The notes: generated by a model from the letters alone, not told the origin. DNA of 32,181 nucleotides from Octopus bimaculoides (GCF_001194135.2 NC_069006.1:1456834-1489014), one strand, 5' to 3'; shown: positions 1-12,068, numbered from the stretch's first letter. Translations and numbers: made by a program.

Positions 1-440
1 TATACACATATATATATATGTATATATATGATATATGTATATATCTATCTATATATATAATATACGAAGATACATGTTTATACATATGTAGATCATAAAC
101 ACAACACATACCCCCACATACACATACAAACACGCGCGACCATATCCATGCACACACACACATATATGTCCAAAGAAGTTTTTCGTATTATAGGGGAAAG
201 TAATGTTGATCCTGCACACACAGCCCATCGCATTAGCCATTGTGATAACGCTAGCGCTAGCAATACCGTGATGTATTGTAGTTTAATTCAATTTCTGTCA
301 TATTTTATTTTGATACTTCCATCTTGTTCCATCTTCCAAGTCCACCATTTCAATTATCGATCAAGCTATTAACATGTCGTTCCTTTGCATTCAATCTAAC
401 ACGTTACCAAAGAAAGTAACACGCAACAGAACATACAGAA

Positions 441-479
<39 letters not shown>

Positions 480-570
480 ACATGCATATGTTTGTGTGTG
501 TGTGTATACATATCAACATCTATGTAAGTACGTATGTACGTTTCTATATCTATCTATTAATATTAGTTAT

Positions 571-657
571 ATAGATAGATATATAGATACACAGATAGAT
601 GAGTAGATAGATAGATAAATAGATACACAGAGAGGTAGATAGATAAATAGATAAATT

Positions 658-728
<71 letters not shown>

Positions 729-797
729 GGATGGATGGATAGCTAGATAGATAGATGGATAACTAGATAGATAGATAGATTGATAGATAGATAGATT
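571..797. repeat. (GATA)n tetranucleotide microsatellite, degenerate at both edges
   Basis: Long run of agat/gata units, near-perfect from about 659 to 727. Confidence 0.97.
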
Positions 798-1139
798 TAC
801 GTATTCAGAACGAAGAAATATTTCAACGCAAGGAACTCAAACATTCTCGTGTACAATATACGCATATAGAAACACAGGCATATATACTCAATTATATTTT
901 GTTGAGTGTGTGTGTGTGCATGTGCGTGAGAGCTTGTGTGTGTGTGTCTGTGTCGTGGATTTTTATGAGTGGAAATATAAAGATATCATGTATATTAATC
1001 TCTCCCCCTCTACTTCATATACACCCATACACCCACACCCAGCACATACAACATATATGAATATATACATTGTGTACGCAATATATCTACACAGAGATGC
1101 ACTCCTATATGCATATACATACACATCCATTAATCCATT

Positions 1140-1168
1140 CATGCATATACATACATACATACATACAT

Positions 1169-1236
<68 letters not shown>

Positions 1237-1693
1237 GCATATATATATATATATATACATATGTATATATGCATACAAAAATAAGCATGCATATATATAT
1301 ATCAATCAAGACATATATGCACATATACGTGCGAATGTATCTATGTATCTACGCATGTATGTCCATTCATTAGGGTCTGTAATAAACACTATCTGCTTAT
1401 AAAGAAAACAGCATTGGATATAAGCTTTTATGCGTAAATATATAATGGAAACACGGACGTCCGTCAAGGTGTACTTCTCTGTCCACCATTTATTACAATA
1501 AATTATCTGCTTCTAGAGTGTTATGAGATTTTTCTAGTTCTTCCAATAACGAACAAATTGGATTGGTTTTTATCTTTTTCCTTTCATTCTGGAATATGGA
1601 ATAATCTTCCGTCGTTGATTGATTTAATAGTTACAGAAAAAATATAACTAAGTTCTATGATACATAGTGGTGTACGTATGTACACACACCCAC

Positions 1694-1737
<44 letters not shown>

Positions 1738-2011
1738 TGTACACATAAGGATAAACGTACGAGTATATTTGTATATGGGTTAATACATATATGCATGTAT
1801 ACACACACACACACACATACACACATAGATAGATATGTATATTTGCATACATGTATATACGGATGAATATTTATAGGTATGGATATGTATACGTATGTAT
1901 GTGTCTATATATGTATGATTGTATGTATATGTATATATACATATATAGTTATCAATGCTTTCATACATTTATGCACACACACACACACACACGCACTCAT
2001 ATATATATATA

Positions 2012-2093
<82 letters not shown>

Positions 2094-2110
2094 TATATAA
2101 GCATATATTT
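1140..2110. repeat. Compound (TACA)n/(CA)n/(TA)n microsatellite blocks around a unique spacer at about 1395-1650
   Basis: Direct reading; long (TA)n at about 1180-1233 and 2016-2086. The YIYI/HTHT ORFs here are translations of these repeats. Confidence 0.95.
1450..1615 (+). mobile_element. Decayed non-LTR (RTE-like) reverse transcriptase core fragment
   Basis: From 1456 the frame reads DVRQGVLLCPPFITINYLL, resembling the GVRQGxxLSPxLF motif. At 1589-1608, ctg gaa tat g-g aat aat ctt reads LEY(A)NNL, resembling LEYADDL with a 1-nt deletion. Confidence 0.5.
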
Positions 2111-2718
2111 ATATACATACTCAAAAATGTGTTCGTCTCTGCTTATGTGTATGTATAAATCTATGTATGTATATCTGTATGTAATTTGCCAAGTTTTTGC
2201 ACTGTCCTTTATTATACATGTAATACAAACCAGTCAACTAGTAGCTTTCTCTGGATCTGGTTATGGCGACCGACTGCTATATGACGCCTCTACGTGTCTG
2301 GCGTATAGAGTATATATGTATGTATATATGTATGTATGTATGTGTTTGTGTATGCATGTGTGTATGTGTGTGGATGTGCGCGTGTGTGTCCAGAAAATCA
2401 AGCCCAATTCCACACCTTCCAATATGCTACCAAGTAATATAATATTTGAAATCCAACCAGTATGGAACACAACTACTCCAGTTTTGCTTAATAAACCGTC
2501 TCGCGATAGCCAATACCCTTGTATTGTACTCAATAGACAGACGACAGGCAACATGACCATTAGGGGCTAGTCAGATCATCAATTAGATAGATTATACCAT
2601 CATCGTGGTAATGTAGAAGACGATAGTAAAACACATTTGAGGTTAACATTTGGGTGAAGCAGATTCTCGTAAAAGAGATCCGCGCTCAGTGAATCTTCTT
2701 AGCGAGAAAGCAAAATAC

Positions 2719-2792
2719 TATTCAAAAGATATCCAAAGATATTCAAAGACATCCGAAGGATATTCAAAGGATATCCAAAGATATCCAAACGA
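2719..2792. repeat. Seven-unit 10-11 bp minisatellite, consensus TATCCAAAGA
   Basis: tattcaaaaga|tatccaaaga|tattcaaaga|catccgaagga|tattcaaagga|tatccaaaga|tatccaaacga. Confidence 0.85.
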
Positions 2793-2854
2793 TACGGATT
2801 AGCTGGTTTCGTGCTCTTGCCTGATGGCGCTAGGGTCATTCGAAATTAGTTGTC

Positions 2855-3010
2855 CTTGAGGAGTCAACATGCCTAGGACCGACCAAGTCCACCAATGCTC
2901 TCTATCGCTGGTGGTCCTGTACCAGTCGTTTCGCATCTTAGAAGGTGTCACCGAGGTCTTCTTCAATCACGTCCAGCAATCTGGTGCCGAGACCTGCCAA
3001 ACTATATGAT
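2855..3010 (-). mobile_element. Decayed RTE-type LINE ORF C-terminus
   Basis: Minus strand reads (GRSR, frameshift) TRLLDVIEEDLGDTF*DAKRLVQDHQR*RALVDLVGP, matching the RTE C-terminal pattern GRPRxRWxDxIxxDL...AQDRxxWRxxV. Confidence 0.65.
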
Positions 3011-3599
3011 GTGATTGAAATTGTCGATGACTCTATCGGGTTGGGTTGTTTTGTAGGCAGACAATGGGGATCCTTTCGCATCTTTAGTCCTGCTCGAAGT
3101 GAACAACATAAAGACAATGTACGTGTCCTTACGGTTAGTGCTCAAAAACAAATGGAATTAAAGCCTACCTACAATTGAAATAGAGACGGTCTGTAGATAA
3201 TACGAGAAAGCCTGAACGGTGATGCGTCAACAAACCGAATGGTACAGAAAAACCGAAAAATATACAGAATTTAACTTATTAAAAACCAAATTAACAAATG
3301 CCTTGAAGACAAGATGGGATTATCTATACAGATTTCAAGTACTTATAGATAGTTAAGATTTACATGTCAGTCGGTGAAATGGAATGAAAGAACATATAAA
3401 GTAATACATAATGGTTTCTGATGATTTTTTCCCCCAATAAGCGCCATATGAGTATTGCCGGAGGAGTTGATTCTGAGAACGCGGTCTTTTACGAAGAAGA
3501 GATTACGCTTCTTGGAGGGGAACATACCCTTCTTGGGGATCATTCACGCCCTCATGCATATAGTTCGCTTCCATCGGCCTTAAAGCTTCCTTCCACATG

Positions 3600-3860
3600 A
3601 TAAAGAGGAATATCTATGCAAGACGATGACAGCCATGATAAAGGGCAAACAACGCTCTGTGGATTATCAGTAAAATAGCACCAGGTGTTCAGTAGTGGTT
3701 GATAGTTAAGCTAAGGGGAAGGTTTCAGGTAGAAGTGGGTGTCAACGAAGGTTGTATATTAAGACCTTCGTTTTACCTGAAATTTGTCATAAAAGAGATT
3801 TCGATAGAGGCCTGGCACTCGATGATCCCGTTTCTACTGATATGAATCATGCAGTCAACT
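3600..3860 (+). mobile_element. Decayed RTE-type reverse transcriptase fragment
   Basis: One frame from 3657 reads LWIISKIAPGVQ*WLIVKLRGRFQVEVGVNEGCILRPSFY, resembling LW..RKLGVxEWLV...FxVxVGVHQGxVLSP with an internal deletion. Upstream EEYLCK resembles EKYLAK. Confidence 0.65.
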
Positions 3861-4029
3861 CGATATTGGTATCCTACTTGTTTGATAACGTGAAAATATC
3901 GGCCAGATATTTACATATAATATATAATAGGGAGTTGTGCATTTTATAATTTTATACAGTGAAGAGAAAATATAAGTGCTTAGCAAAGAAATATATACAT
4001 ACTGAACATTACATATGAAATATTAGTGC

Positions 4030-4069
<40 letters not shown>

Positions 4070-4071
<2 letters not shown>

Positions 4072-4264
4072 AACATGGTAGATCGCTAGCCACTAAAACT
4101 TTCCCTTTTCCGTTTTCTCTCTCTGTTTATTTCTGTGTTCCTTTCTGTCGAAGAGCGTAGGCTCGAAACGTAAAAGACTTTCTCACTTCCCGAGCGTTAA
4201 ACTAATACGTCTGTTTGTTGTTTACACACTCGTCTTCGTCTTTTGTTTCTTTGTAAATTCTCAC
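4070..4264 (+). mobile_element. Short (TA)n-flanked element with a hammerhead-like motif (Penelope-type terminal repeat remnant), copy 1
   Basis: cttt-CTGTCGA-a-gagc-gtag-gctc-GAAA-c-GTA-aaag at 4141-4176; flanked by (TA)n at 4032-4069 and from 4265; shares gagcgt...cttcgt...ttttgttt...ctata with 22571-22721. Confidence 0.6.
4141..4176 (+). ncRNA. Minimal type-I hammerhead ribozyme-like motif with a mutated core (CUGUCGA)
   Basis: Helix I CTTT/AAAG, helix II GAGC/GCTC with a GTAG loop, GAAA, minimal helix III AC/GT, GUA cleavage triplet. Two changes from the CUGANGA core. Confidence 0.55.
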
Positions 4265-4276
4265 TATATATATATG

Positions 4277-4345
<69 letters not shown>
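4265..4345. repeat. (TA)n/(TG)n microsatellite preceding the gap at 4361-4760
   Basis: Direct reading. Confidence 0.97.
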
Positions 4346-4347
<2 letters not shown>

Positions 4348-5109
4348 CTGTTGTACGTATNNNNNNNNNNNNNNNNNNNNNNNNNNNNNNNNNNNNNNNN
4401 NNNNNNNNNNNNNNNNNNNNNNNNNNNNNNNNNNNNNNNNNNNNNNNNNNNNNNNNNNNNNNNNNNNNNNNNNNNNNNNNNNNNNNNNNNNNNNNNNNNN
4501 NNNNNNNNNNNNNNNNNNNNNNNNNNNNNNNNNNNNNNNNNNNNNNNNNNNNNNNNNNNNNNNNNNNNNNNNNNNNNNNNNNNNNNNNNNNNNNNNNNNN
4601 NNNNNNNNNNNNNNNNNNNNNNNNNNNNNNNNNNNNNNNNNNNNNNNNNNNNNNNNNNNNNNNNNNNNNNNNNNNNNNNNNNNNNNNNNNNNNNNNNNNN
4701 NNNNNNNNNNNNNNNNNNNNNNNNNNNNNNNNNNNNNNNNNNNNNNNNNNNNNNNNNNNNATATATATATTTAAAGCAGGCAACTTTGAAATTATGATAA
4801 GAAATATCTATTTAGTGATAGATATAAAAGACAAAGCGACTGGTTAAGCTCGAATAGTTAACGTCGAGAAGTGTTAAGATGCTAAATAGTAAGAGATATC
4901 ATGACGTAATATGTGTGTGTTTGTGTGTGTGTGTGTGTATGTATATGTATGTATGCGGAAGGCGTCCCGCTGTTGGATATGTGCAAAATGTCACTGCCAA
5001 CGATATACAGAGTAACGGTGACTCTTTGAGAGACTGAAGAAACGCAGTGTGCTGAAATCATTTGATTTGTTAATTCCAGCGAACAACGCCGGCCGATTGT
5101 CTTATTGCT

Positions 5110-5330
5110 ACTCTTTACTCCATGGACTTAGTCCTCGGTGAATATTGCGGAGTGTATGTTCAAACCATTTGAGCGCTATAAGTGTTTTCCATAATGAGCA
5201 TCTCTGGATCTCATCTGTTGATTCTACGGTATTTTCTCTTTTCGCTGTCTCTTTGTTCAACTTTAAGGATATTCTCACGATGTTAACCATTCTTGACTCA
5301 TGTTTGACTCTAATGCCGTTTTCTGTTAGT
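5110..5330 (-). mobile_element. Decayed RTE-type LINE fragment (C-terminal to the RT)
   Basis: Minus frame LTENGIRVKHESRMVNIVRISLK...LKWFEHTLR resembles WTLT...MxRxIxxIS...RLRWFGHVLR. Confidence 0.55.
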
Positions 5331-6429
5331 TTATTATATCAATTCGTTCCTATGCTCACATGTTGTCTTGTTTGTTTTCGTTTTTACCCTTCGCTTGTCT
5401 CACCTTGAATTATATTTATTCCACACTTGTATGTTCACTTTCTGTATCTCATAGTTCTTTATTTCATTTCTGGTTGTTCATTTTCTGTCATGTTTGGTCC
5501 CTTGTTTTTTTTTTGCTCGCTATTTCCAGTCGGTGTCACGAGAAGGGGTGTAATATTATCACAAAGGGGTGAAATTGCGTTCGGCCCTCACGCCGATAAC
5601 TGATGAAGGTTTGGTTTCTTTCTGTGTCTGTTTACCGTTTGTTTGTGCATTTATTATGGCTTCACCTTAAGTACGTATGCATGTATGTATGCATGTTCGT
5701 GCGTACATATATGTGTGTCGGTGTATGCGTATAAATATATAAATATCTAAATGTATATGTATGCATGTGTGTGTGTCTATANNNNNNNNNNNNNNNNNNN
5801 NNNNNNNNNNNNNNNNNNNNNNNNNNNNNNNNNNNNNNNNNNNNNNNNNNNNNNNNNNNNNNNNNNNNNNNNNNNNNNNNNNNNNNNNNNNNNNNNNNNN
5901 NNNNNNNNNNNNNNNNNNNNNNNNNNNNNNNNNNNNNNNNNNNNNNNNNNNNNNNNNNNNNNNNNNNNNNNNNNNNNNNNNNNNNNNNNNNNNNNNNNNN
6001 NNNNNNNNNNNNNNNNNNNNNNNNNNNNNNNNNNNNNNNNNNNNNNNNNNNNNNNNNNNNNNNNNNNNNNNNNNNNNNNNNNNNNNNNNTATATACGAGG
6101 TTAAAAATGAGAAATATTTTCTAAGCAATGTCCGAGTCTTTATTTGCTGACCGGCAATGTTTATTCAGGCGCATTTTGTGATGTCTGGTTTGTAACTGAT
6201 AGTGATAAATATGTAAAGGCAATTTACTTAATATTTATTTTTCACTGACGTTATTACTGTTATTTCTTTATTTTCTGCAAACAAAATGAACAAAAAAGCT
6301 ACACGTTTGCATTATGTTATATATATACAATAATAATAAAGAACTTTACTGTATATATCAATAATAATAAAGGACGTTACCGTATATACGTTTACAAACC
6401 AAGGACGTTATATAGACCTCCTTGACTCA

Positions 6430-6544
6430 AGTTAGAGAAGGGGTGCGTATTATACACAAGGGTTAGGTTATTCAGAGGTACAGCCCCCTAAAACTCCCCT
6501 GCGTATTATACTCGAGAGCGGACTATACTCGAGGATTTGCGGTA
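6430..6544. mobile_element. Probable terminus of a Tc2/pogo-like DNA transposon or MITE
   Basis: Ends in ...tatactcgaggatttgCGG-TA (reverse complement TA-CCGc, a Tc2-like terminus with a TA target). Subterminal repeats tgcgtattatac at 6444 and 6500, and tatactcgag at 6507 and 6524. No convincing matching left end is visible. Confidence 0.45.
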
Positions 6545-6899
6545 TGCATTTGTTATTTATTTACATATAAACGTGATGTATTCTATTGAAAATTGTAACC
6601 TCGATCGGTGTATATGAAAACTTTAGCCACGGTACCAACATGTAAACCCTATAACCACATCACCACCACCACCACCAGCTGCCACTGCAGGTCCTGCTGG
6701 TACTGCTGCTACTTCTGTTGCTGTGTGCTGCTACCATTATGTCGCTGCTGTTGCTGTCACACTAATACTGTTTTGTGTAAGGGAACTGCCTCAATTCTCA
6801 TGTGATTAAAATGGAAAGGGACCAAGCAGAAACGAAAACCGCTGCAGGAATAATCGCCTTTCCTTAAGTAGTAGTAAAATTTTGCCCTCTTCAATGATG

Positions 6900-6951
6900 A
6901 TACTATCATTATTGCTTTTGTTGCCGTTGTTGTTATATATTATTATTATTA

Positions 6952-7013
<62 letters not shown>

Positions 7014-7148
7014 GTTGTTGTTGTTGTTGTTGTTATTGTTGTTGTTTCTTTATTATTGTTACATAAATTATTATCATTAGTATTACCATTGTAATTCTTC
7101 TTCTTCTTCTTCTTCTTCTTCTTATTATTATTATTATTATTATTATTA

Positions 7149-7195
<47 letters not shown>

Positions 7196-7344
7196 GTTAT
7201 TATTATTATTATCATTATTATTATTGTTATTATTATTATTATCATTATTATTATTATCATTATTATCATTATTTTAATTTATATTATTATTAATATTATC
7301 ACTCTTCGTGTTATTAATAGTGTTGTTGTTGTTATAATAATAAC

Positions 7345-7402
<58 letters not shown>

Positions 7403-7673
7403 ATTATTATTATTATTCACTCAGTCCTCCCTAATATCATCAGCATGTCATTATTATTAACGCCGTCATCGTCGTAGTAATCATCATCATCATCATCAAC
7501 ATCATCATCATCATCGTCATCATCATCACTGTCATTTAGTTATTGCTTGTTGTCGCAATTATAATGATTATATAATTATAATTAACTCCATTGTTGTGGT
7601 TATTATTATTATCACCACCAGCATCACCATCATTATCATCATTATTAAACTTATAACTTCTGATATTATTATT

Positions 7674-7745
<72 letters not shown>

Positions 7746-7830
7746 ATTATTATTCTATTCATCATCACCATCATCATCACCGTCGTCGTCGTCGTCGCCA
7801 TCATCATCATCATCATCATCACCAACATCA
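6900..7830. repeat. Compound trinucleotide array (ATT)n/(GTT)n/(CTT)n/(ATC)n/(GTC)n
   Basis: Direct reading; source of the poly-I/L/V/R/M ORFs. Confidence 0.97.
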
Positions 7831-8212
7831 TTATGGCCGCCATCAACGCCATTAATCGCCATTACTAGATGAGGCGCCAAACACGCGATACACGAAATGA
7901 CGTGTCAGTATGACCCCCTACACTCAAATCACATCACAATCACGTCTCTCTCTCTCTCTCTCTCTCCCCCTTCACTCCCCTTGCTTTTAAGGGCGCCGTC
8001 TTCATAAGGTGTGTGTGGGAGAGCGGTCGGCGGGGGTGGGCATCAGGATTGTTGTGAGGAACAAATTTCCAAAATTGATTTCACAGACCATCCCCTTCAT
8101 TTTAAAAATTTCACTCTAAAGAATTTCCTTCATTTCTCTATTTATTTGTTTATGCATTCCTGTCTTTTATTCGATAAATTTATTGCTTTGTTATCAATAT
8201 ATTATTGGTCCT

Positions 8213-8223
8213 GTTGTTGTTGC

Positions 8224-8295
<72 letters not shown>

Positions 8296-8480
8296 CATTA
8301 TTATTCTCAGTAGTCGAAGTCGAAGTTGGAGGAATGGCTATTTATTTCTTTATTATGAATTGTATTATGCTTTCGTTAACATTATTATTATTATTATTAT
8401 TAGTAGTAGTAGTAGTAGTAGTATTATTATTATCATTGTTGTTGTTGTTGTTATCAATTTTATTACTATTGTTATTAGTA
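8213..8480. repeat. (GTT)/(ATT)n/(AGT)n trinucleotide array
   Basis: Direct reading. Confidence 0.96.
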
Positions 8481-8559
8481 GTTGTCGTAGTGTCTATTTA
8501 TTTTTGCTTTGTTGTGCAAAAATCGTTGAGTTAAAAATTGATTGGATATCGATCCGAAA

Positions 8560-9000
8560 CAATTATCTACCACATACACACATGCGCACACGTACTAACA
8601 CACACGCATACACCAAAACATACATTTACACCCATATCCTACCACTAATAACTCTACCATTCGCATTCACTCGCATACACACGCTCACGTACGCACGCAT
8701 ACATACACACACACACACACACACGTGCGCGTAGATATACACACTGACACACATATGAGTTGACTTCGATTCACGTGTATTCATCCACAAACAATAATTA
8801 TATTACAAATAAACACACGCATGAATATCGTATACAAACACATATACACGAAGAGACATACACACACATACACTCACATATACACACAGATACACACATA
8901 CACACGCATTTATATTCATGTGCAAATACCGCACATATAGGCACGCACCATCATCCACAAAGAAGATTCATATCATACACACACACTTACACACCAACAT
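8560..9000. repeat. Degenerate (CA)n-derived low-complexity tract
   Basis: Dense aca/cac/tac motifs with a perfect (CA)n core near 8703-8723. Confidence 0.85.
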
Positions 9001-9139
9001 GCATATATTCCCACATCCCCTTCTCTCAAAACCTATTAATTTTTTTTTCATGGGAACTCACCCACCACCACTCTTCATTTCCCCACTCTACCTTTTTTCC
9101 CATTACTTGATCACCAACAAATTCCTTAAGGAAGATTTC

Positions 9140-10029
9140 AATAAAAGAACCATGATTTCTTGTGTTCTTTCATTGAGTTTTTTCCCTACTTTTTTCTTTT
9201 CTAAGTTTCTTTCATTTCATTCCTTCTTTTCATTGTTCCCTCAACGTTTGATCTCTCCTATCCCTATTCTCTTTCTTTGCTTTATTCTTTTTTATCTTGT
9301 ATTTTTGTTCTTTTTGTATACCGCCATTGTGCGCACGCTATTTTGTCAGGAAATTTTCTTATACCATTTTTTTCTTTGTACGTTTCCCATCCGTTCCAGT
9401 ATGTTTCCATTCGTTGTTATAATTTCTTATGCGTTCTTATAGATTCTTATGTATTTCTTGACGCTTTCAAAGATTCTCATCTGTTTCCATATGTTTTTTT
9501 TTTTTGCATTCTTATACGTTCTTATATGTTACCGTAGGTTTCGATATGTACTTCTGTGTTATATGTTCTTATAGGATTACAGTACATGCGTTCTTATATT
9601 TTGTAGCACGTTGCTACACGTTCTTATATAATCTTAGGTACCTTCTAATATACGAATACACGCCCTTATGTATCATTCCACGTTACGTGTTCTTTTATAT
9701 TGCCATAATTTCGTTATAATAATTTCTATACGTCTCTCTAAGTTGATTATAGTTCTTTATGCTCCTATATATACTTGTAAGTTCCTGTATGGATTATTTT
9801 TATACTTTTTAAATACGATTCTACGTTCAAATTTACACTCATACTTTCCCGCGGTTTTTACGCATTTATATATTTTTACGTTCGTATACATATCGTTATA
9901 TTATGACGTTTTATATTTTCTTAAATGTTGCTATATATATATATATATATTTTTCATAAACTCTTTTTATATAATCATGTATTTTATATATATTGTTATA
10001 TACTCCTTCCAGTGTTATGCGTCCTTATG

Positions 10030-10074
<45 letters not shown>

Positions 10075-10740
10075 ATATATATTCCAATGTGTTACGATCC
10101 ATATTCTGATGCATTATTAAAGATACCTACGTTCTTGTATATATTTTTGTAGTTTACAAATATTTCTATTATATTCATTCATATTCATTTTTATATGTTT
10201 TTACGTTTAATACTGCAATATGTCGTTACGATTTTAAACTGTAACACGTTGTTACGTTTCCATACTGCTATCATTTCTTATAATTTTTTAATAATTTCTT
10301 ATAATTTTTTAAACTCTAATATATTATGTGTTTATACCATTATACGTTCTGATATATTTATTGTCTTATCCGTTATTTCGATTTCATAATACTTTACGTT
10401 GCTACGTTTTCATGCTAGTTTGTGTTCTTACAGTGAAATAAATATTGCGATCAATTATTACCTGCAAATCTATATTCCGATAAATTCTTATACATTTCTA
10501 TGTTTATTTTTATCATATTAAAAATATTTTTCCGCCTTCATATTTGGTCATTTATGTTCATGAATCTTTTGTATTTATATATATATATTTATACATCCTT
10601 ATATTTATATATACGCTTCTGATGTTTATTTAGTTTTTTTTATATGTTTTTAAATGGTCATATATATTTTTATAAATGCTTTTGAATTATTTTCTTTTCT
10701 TATAATGTTCCTGTATGTTTTGTATGCTTTTCCCATTTTC
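9140..10740. repeat. T-rich, strand-asymmetric degenerate tandem region with about 10-bp units (TTCTTATACG-like)
   Basis: Period 10 at 9424-9460 (ttcttatgcg|ttcttataga|ttcttatgta) and 9509-9528; ttcttata and tacgtt recur throughout; (CT)n at 10031-10069. Confidence 0.6.
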
Positions 10741-10763
10741 TGCTGCCTTCTATATGGATAGGT

Positions 10764-10913
10764 ACAGGCGTGGTTGCGTGTTAAGAAATTTGGGTCCCAA
10801 CTACAAAATTCTGGGTTCAGTCCCACTGCATAGAACCTTGAGTAATTGCCTACTACAGTCTCGGGTTGACCAAAGACTTTTGAGTGGATTTGGTAGGCAG
10901 AAACTGAAAGAAG
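10764..10913 (+). mobile_element. tRNA-headed SINE family A, 5' part only
   Basis: A-box-like tggttgcgtg and B-box-like ggttcagtccc; aligns with copies at 21724 and 25281 through gaaactgaaagaag. Confidence 0.85.
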
Positions 10914-11084
10914 TTTGTAGGAAAATTACGTAGTGGCCCCTTTTGTAGGCTCGTGCGGCAGAACTCCATACTGGAACATCACGTGTATTGCCCCACCTGT
11001 AACACCTCGGTCGGAAGCAAAAGAAAAAAAAAAGAGATGAAATATAAAACAAAAATAAGGGGGGCGCTTATGTGTGTCTATTTG

Positions 11085-11260
11085 AGCATTTTCCTTGCTA
11101 GAATTAACAGCTAAGGCATCCTATAACTCTACATTAATATCGTAAAGAAAATGACGGACACATTTGATAATGTATACATGAACACTAAAAGGGATTGTCA
11201 CGGTTGGAATGCTATTTTGATCACAACCTTAGGTAATCAGTCCTGATTTCGGCCTAAAAA
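11085..11260 (+). mobile_element. Degenerate interspersed repeat fragment (family E, possibly a SINE tail)
   Basis: ccttgctagaattaacag...catttgataatgt resembles the reverse complement of 31425-31545 (cctcgctagaaatagcag...cattagagaatgt). Confidence 0.35.
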
Positions 11261-11514
11261 AAAGAGAAATATAAAATTAACAACAGAACAATAATCGTAA
11301 TGAACGCTTTATGAATGAACGAAAAGAAAAATTAAATAAATTAAGGCGCTCAATGAATATCAAAATAAATAAAGAAATAGAGAAAAAATAAATAAATAAA
11401 TTGAACTCAAGAGTAACAAAAGAAACAAACAAACAAAATTCTCCATTCAGCTCACGAAATACAGAATTCAAGCCAGGCGCTGAAGACATCTTCGATAATA
11501 AAAAGAGACAGAGA

Positions 11515-11537
11515 AAGAGCGAGAGAAACAGAGAGAG

Positions 11538-11569
<32 letters not shown>

Positions 11570-11700
11570 TGAGGGAGAGAGAGAGAGAGAAAGGGAAAAA
11601 TGCGAATAGAGGCAAAATGAGAGAGAAAGGAGGTGAGAAAGAGCCGGAGAGCAATAGAGAAAGAGAGAGGTTGGGAGGGGAAGGCAGAGGGCGGGGGTAA
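11515..11700. repeat. (GA)n/(GT)n purine-rich compound tract
   Basis: Direct reading. Confidence 0.9.
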
Positions 11701-11944
11701 AGAGAGGCCTGTCAGTTGGCAGTGTGTATTGTGGAAATGGCTTTACTGTTTATTACTTATTATCGAAACGTCACACCTTTCGGACTTTAATTGCAATTAA
11801 AATCTCTCATAGGTGGAAAGTAAAATGGCTAACGGAGACGCTTTTATCGCCATTTTCGTGCACTGTTAAACAGTTAGACTCCATTACATATAGCAGTAAC
11901 TTCTTGCCATTGAGCCTTCTCTAATGAATTCTAATGAATATCTT

Positions 11945-12016
11945 CTCTCTCTCTCTCCTCTCTCTCTTCTCTCTCTCTTCTCTCTCTCTATGTATGTATG
12001 TATGTATGTATGTATG

Positions 12017-12059
<43 letters not shown>

Positions 12060-12068
12060 ATATATATA
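11945..12068. repeat. (CT)n-(TATG)n-(TATC)n-(TA)n compound microsatellite
   Basis: Direct reading. Confidence 0.96.

Noticed and set aside
2400-2560. ORF 2261-2560 segment ILLGSILEGV as a LINE C-terminus
   Set aside because: Only a few residues match and competing frames give conflicting alignments.
5030-5065. ctgaagaaacgcagtgtgctgaaatc as a third hammerhead
   Set aside because: No C before GAAA, the helix II base is unpaired and helix I does not form.
5565-5625. gaaattgcgttc-ggc..gcc-gataa-ctgatgaagg as a permuted hammerhead
   Set aside because: Extra bases separate helix I from CUGAUGA and helix II cannot close next to the core. It may still be a repeat remnant.
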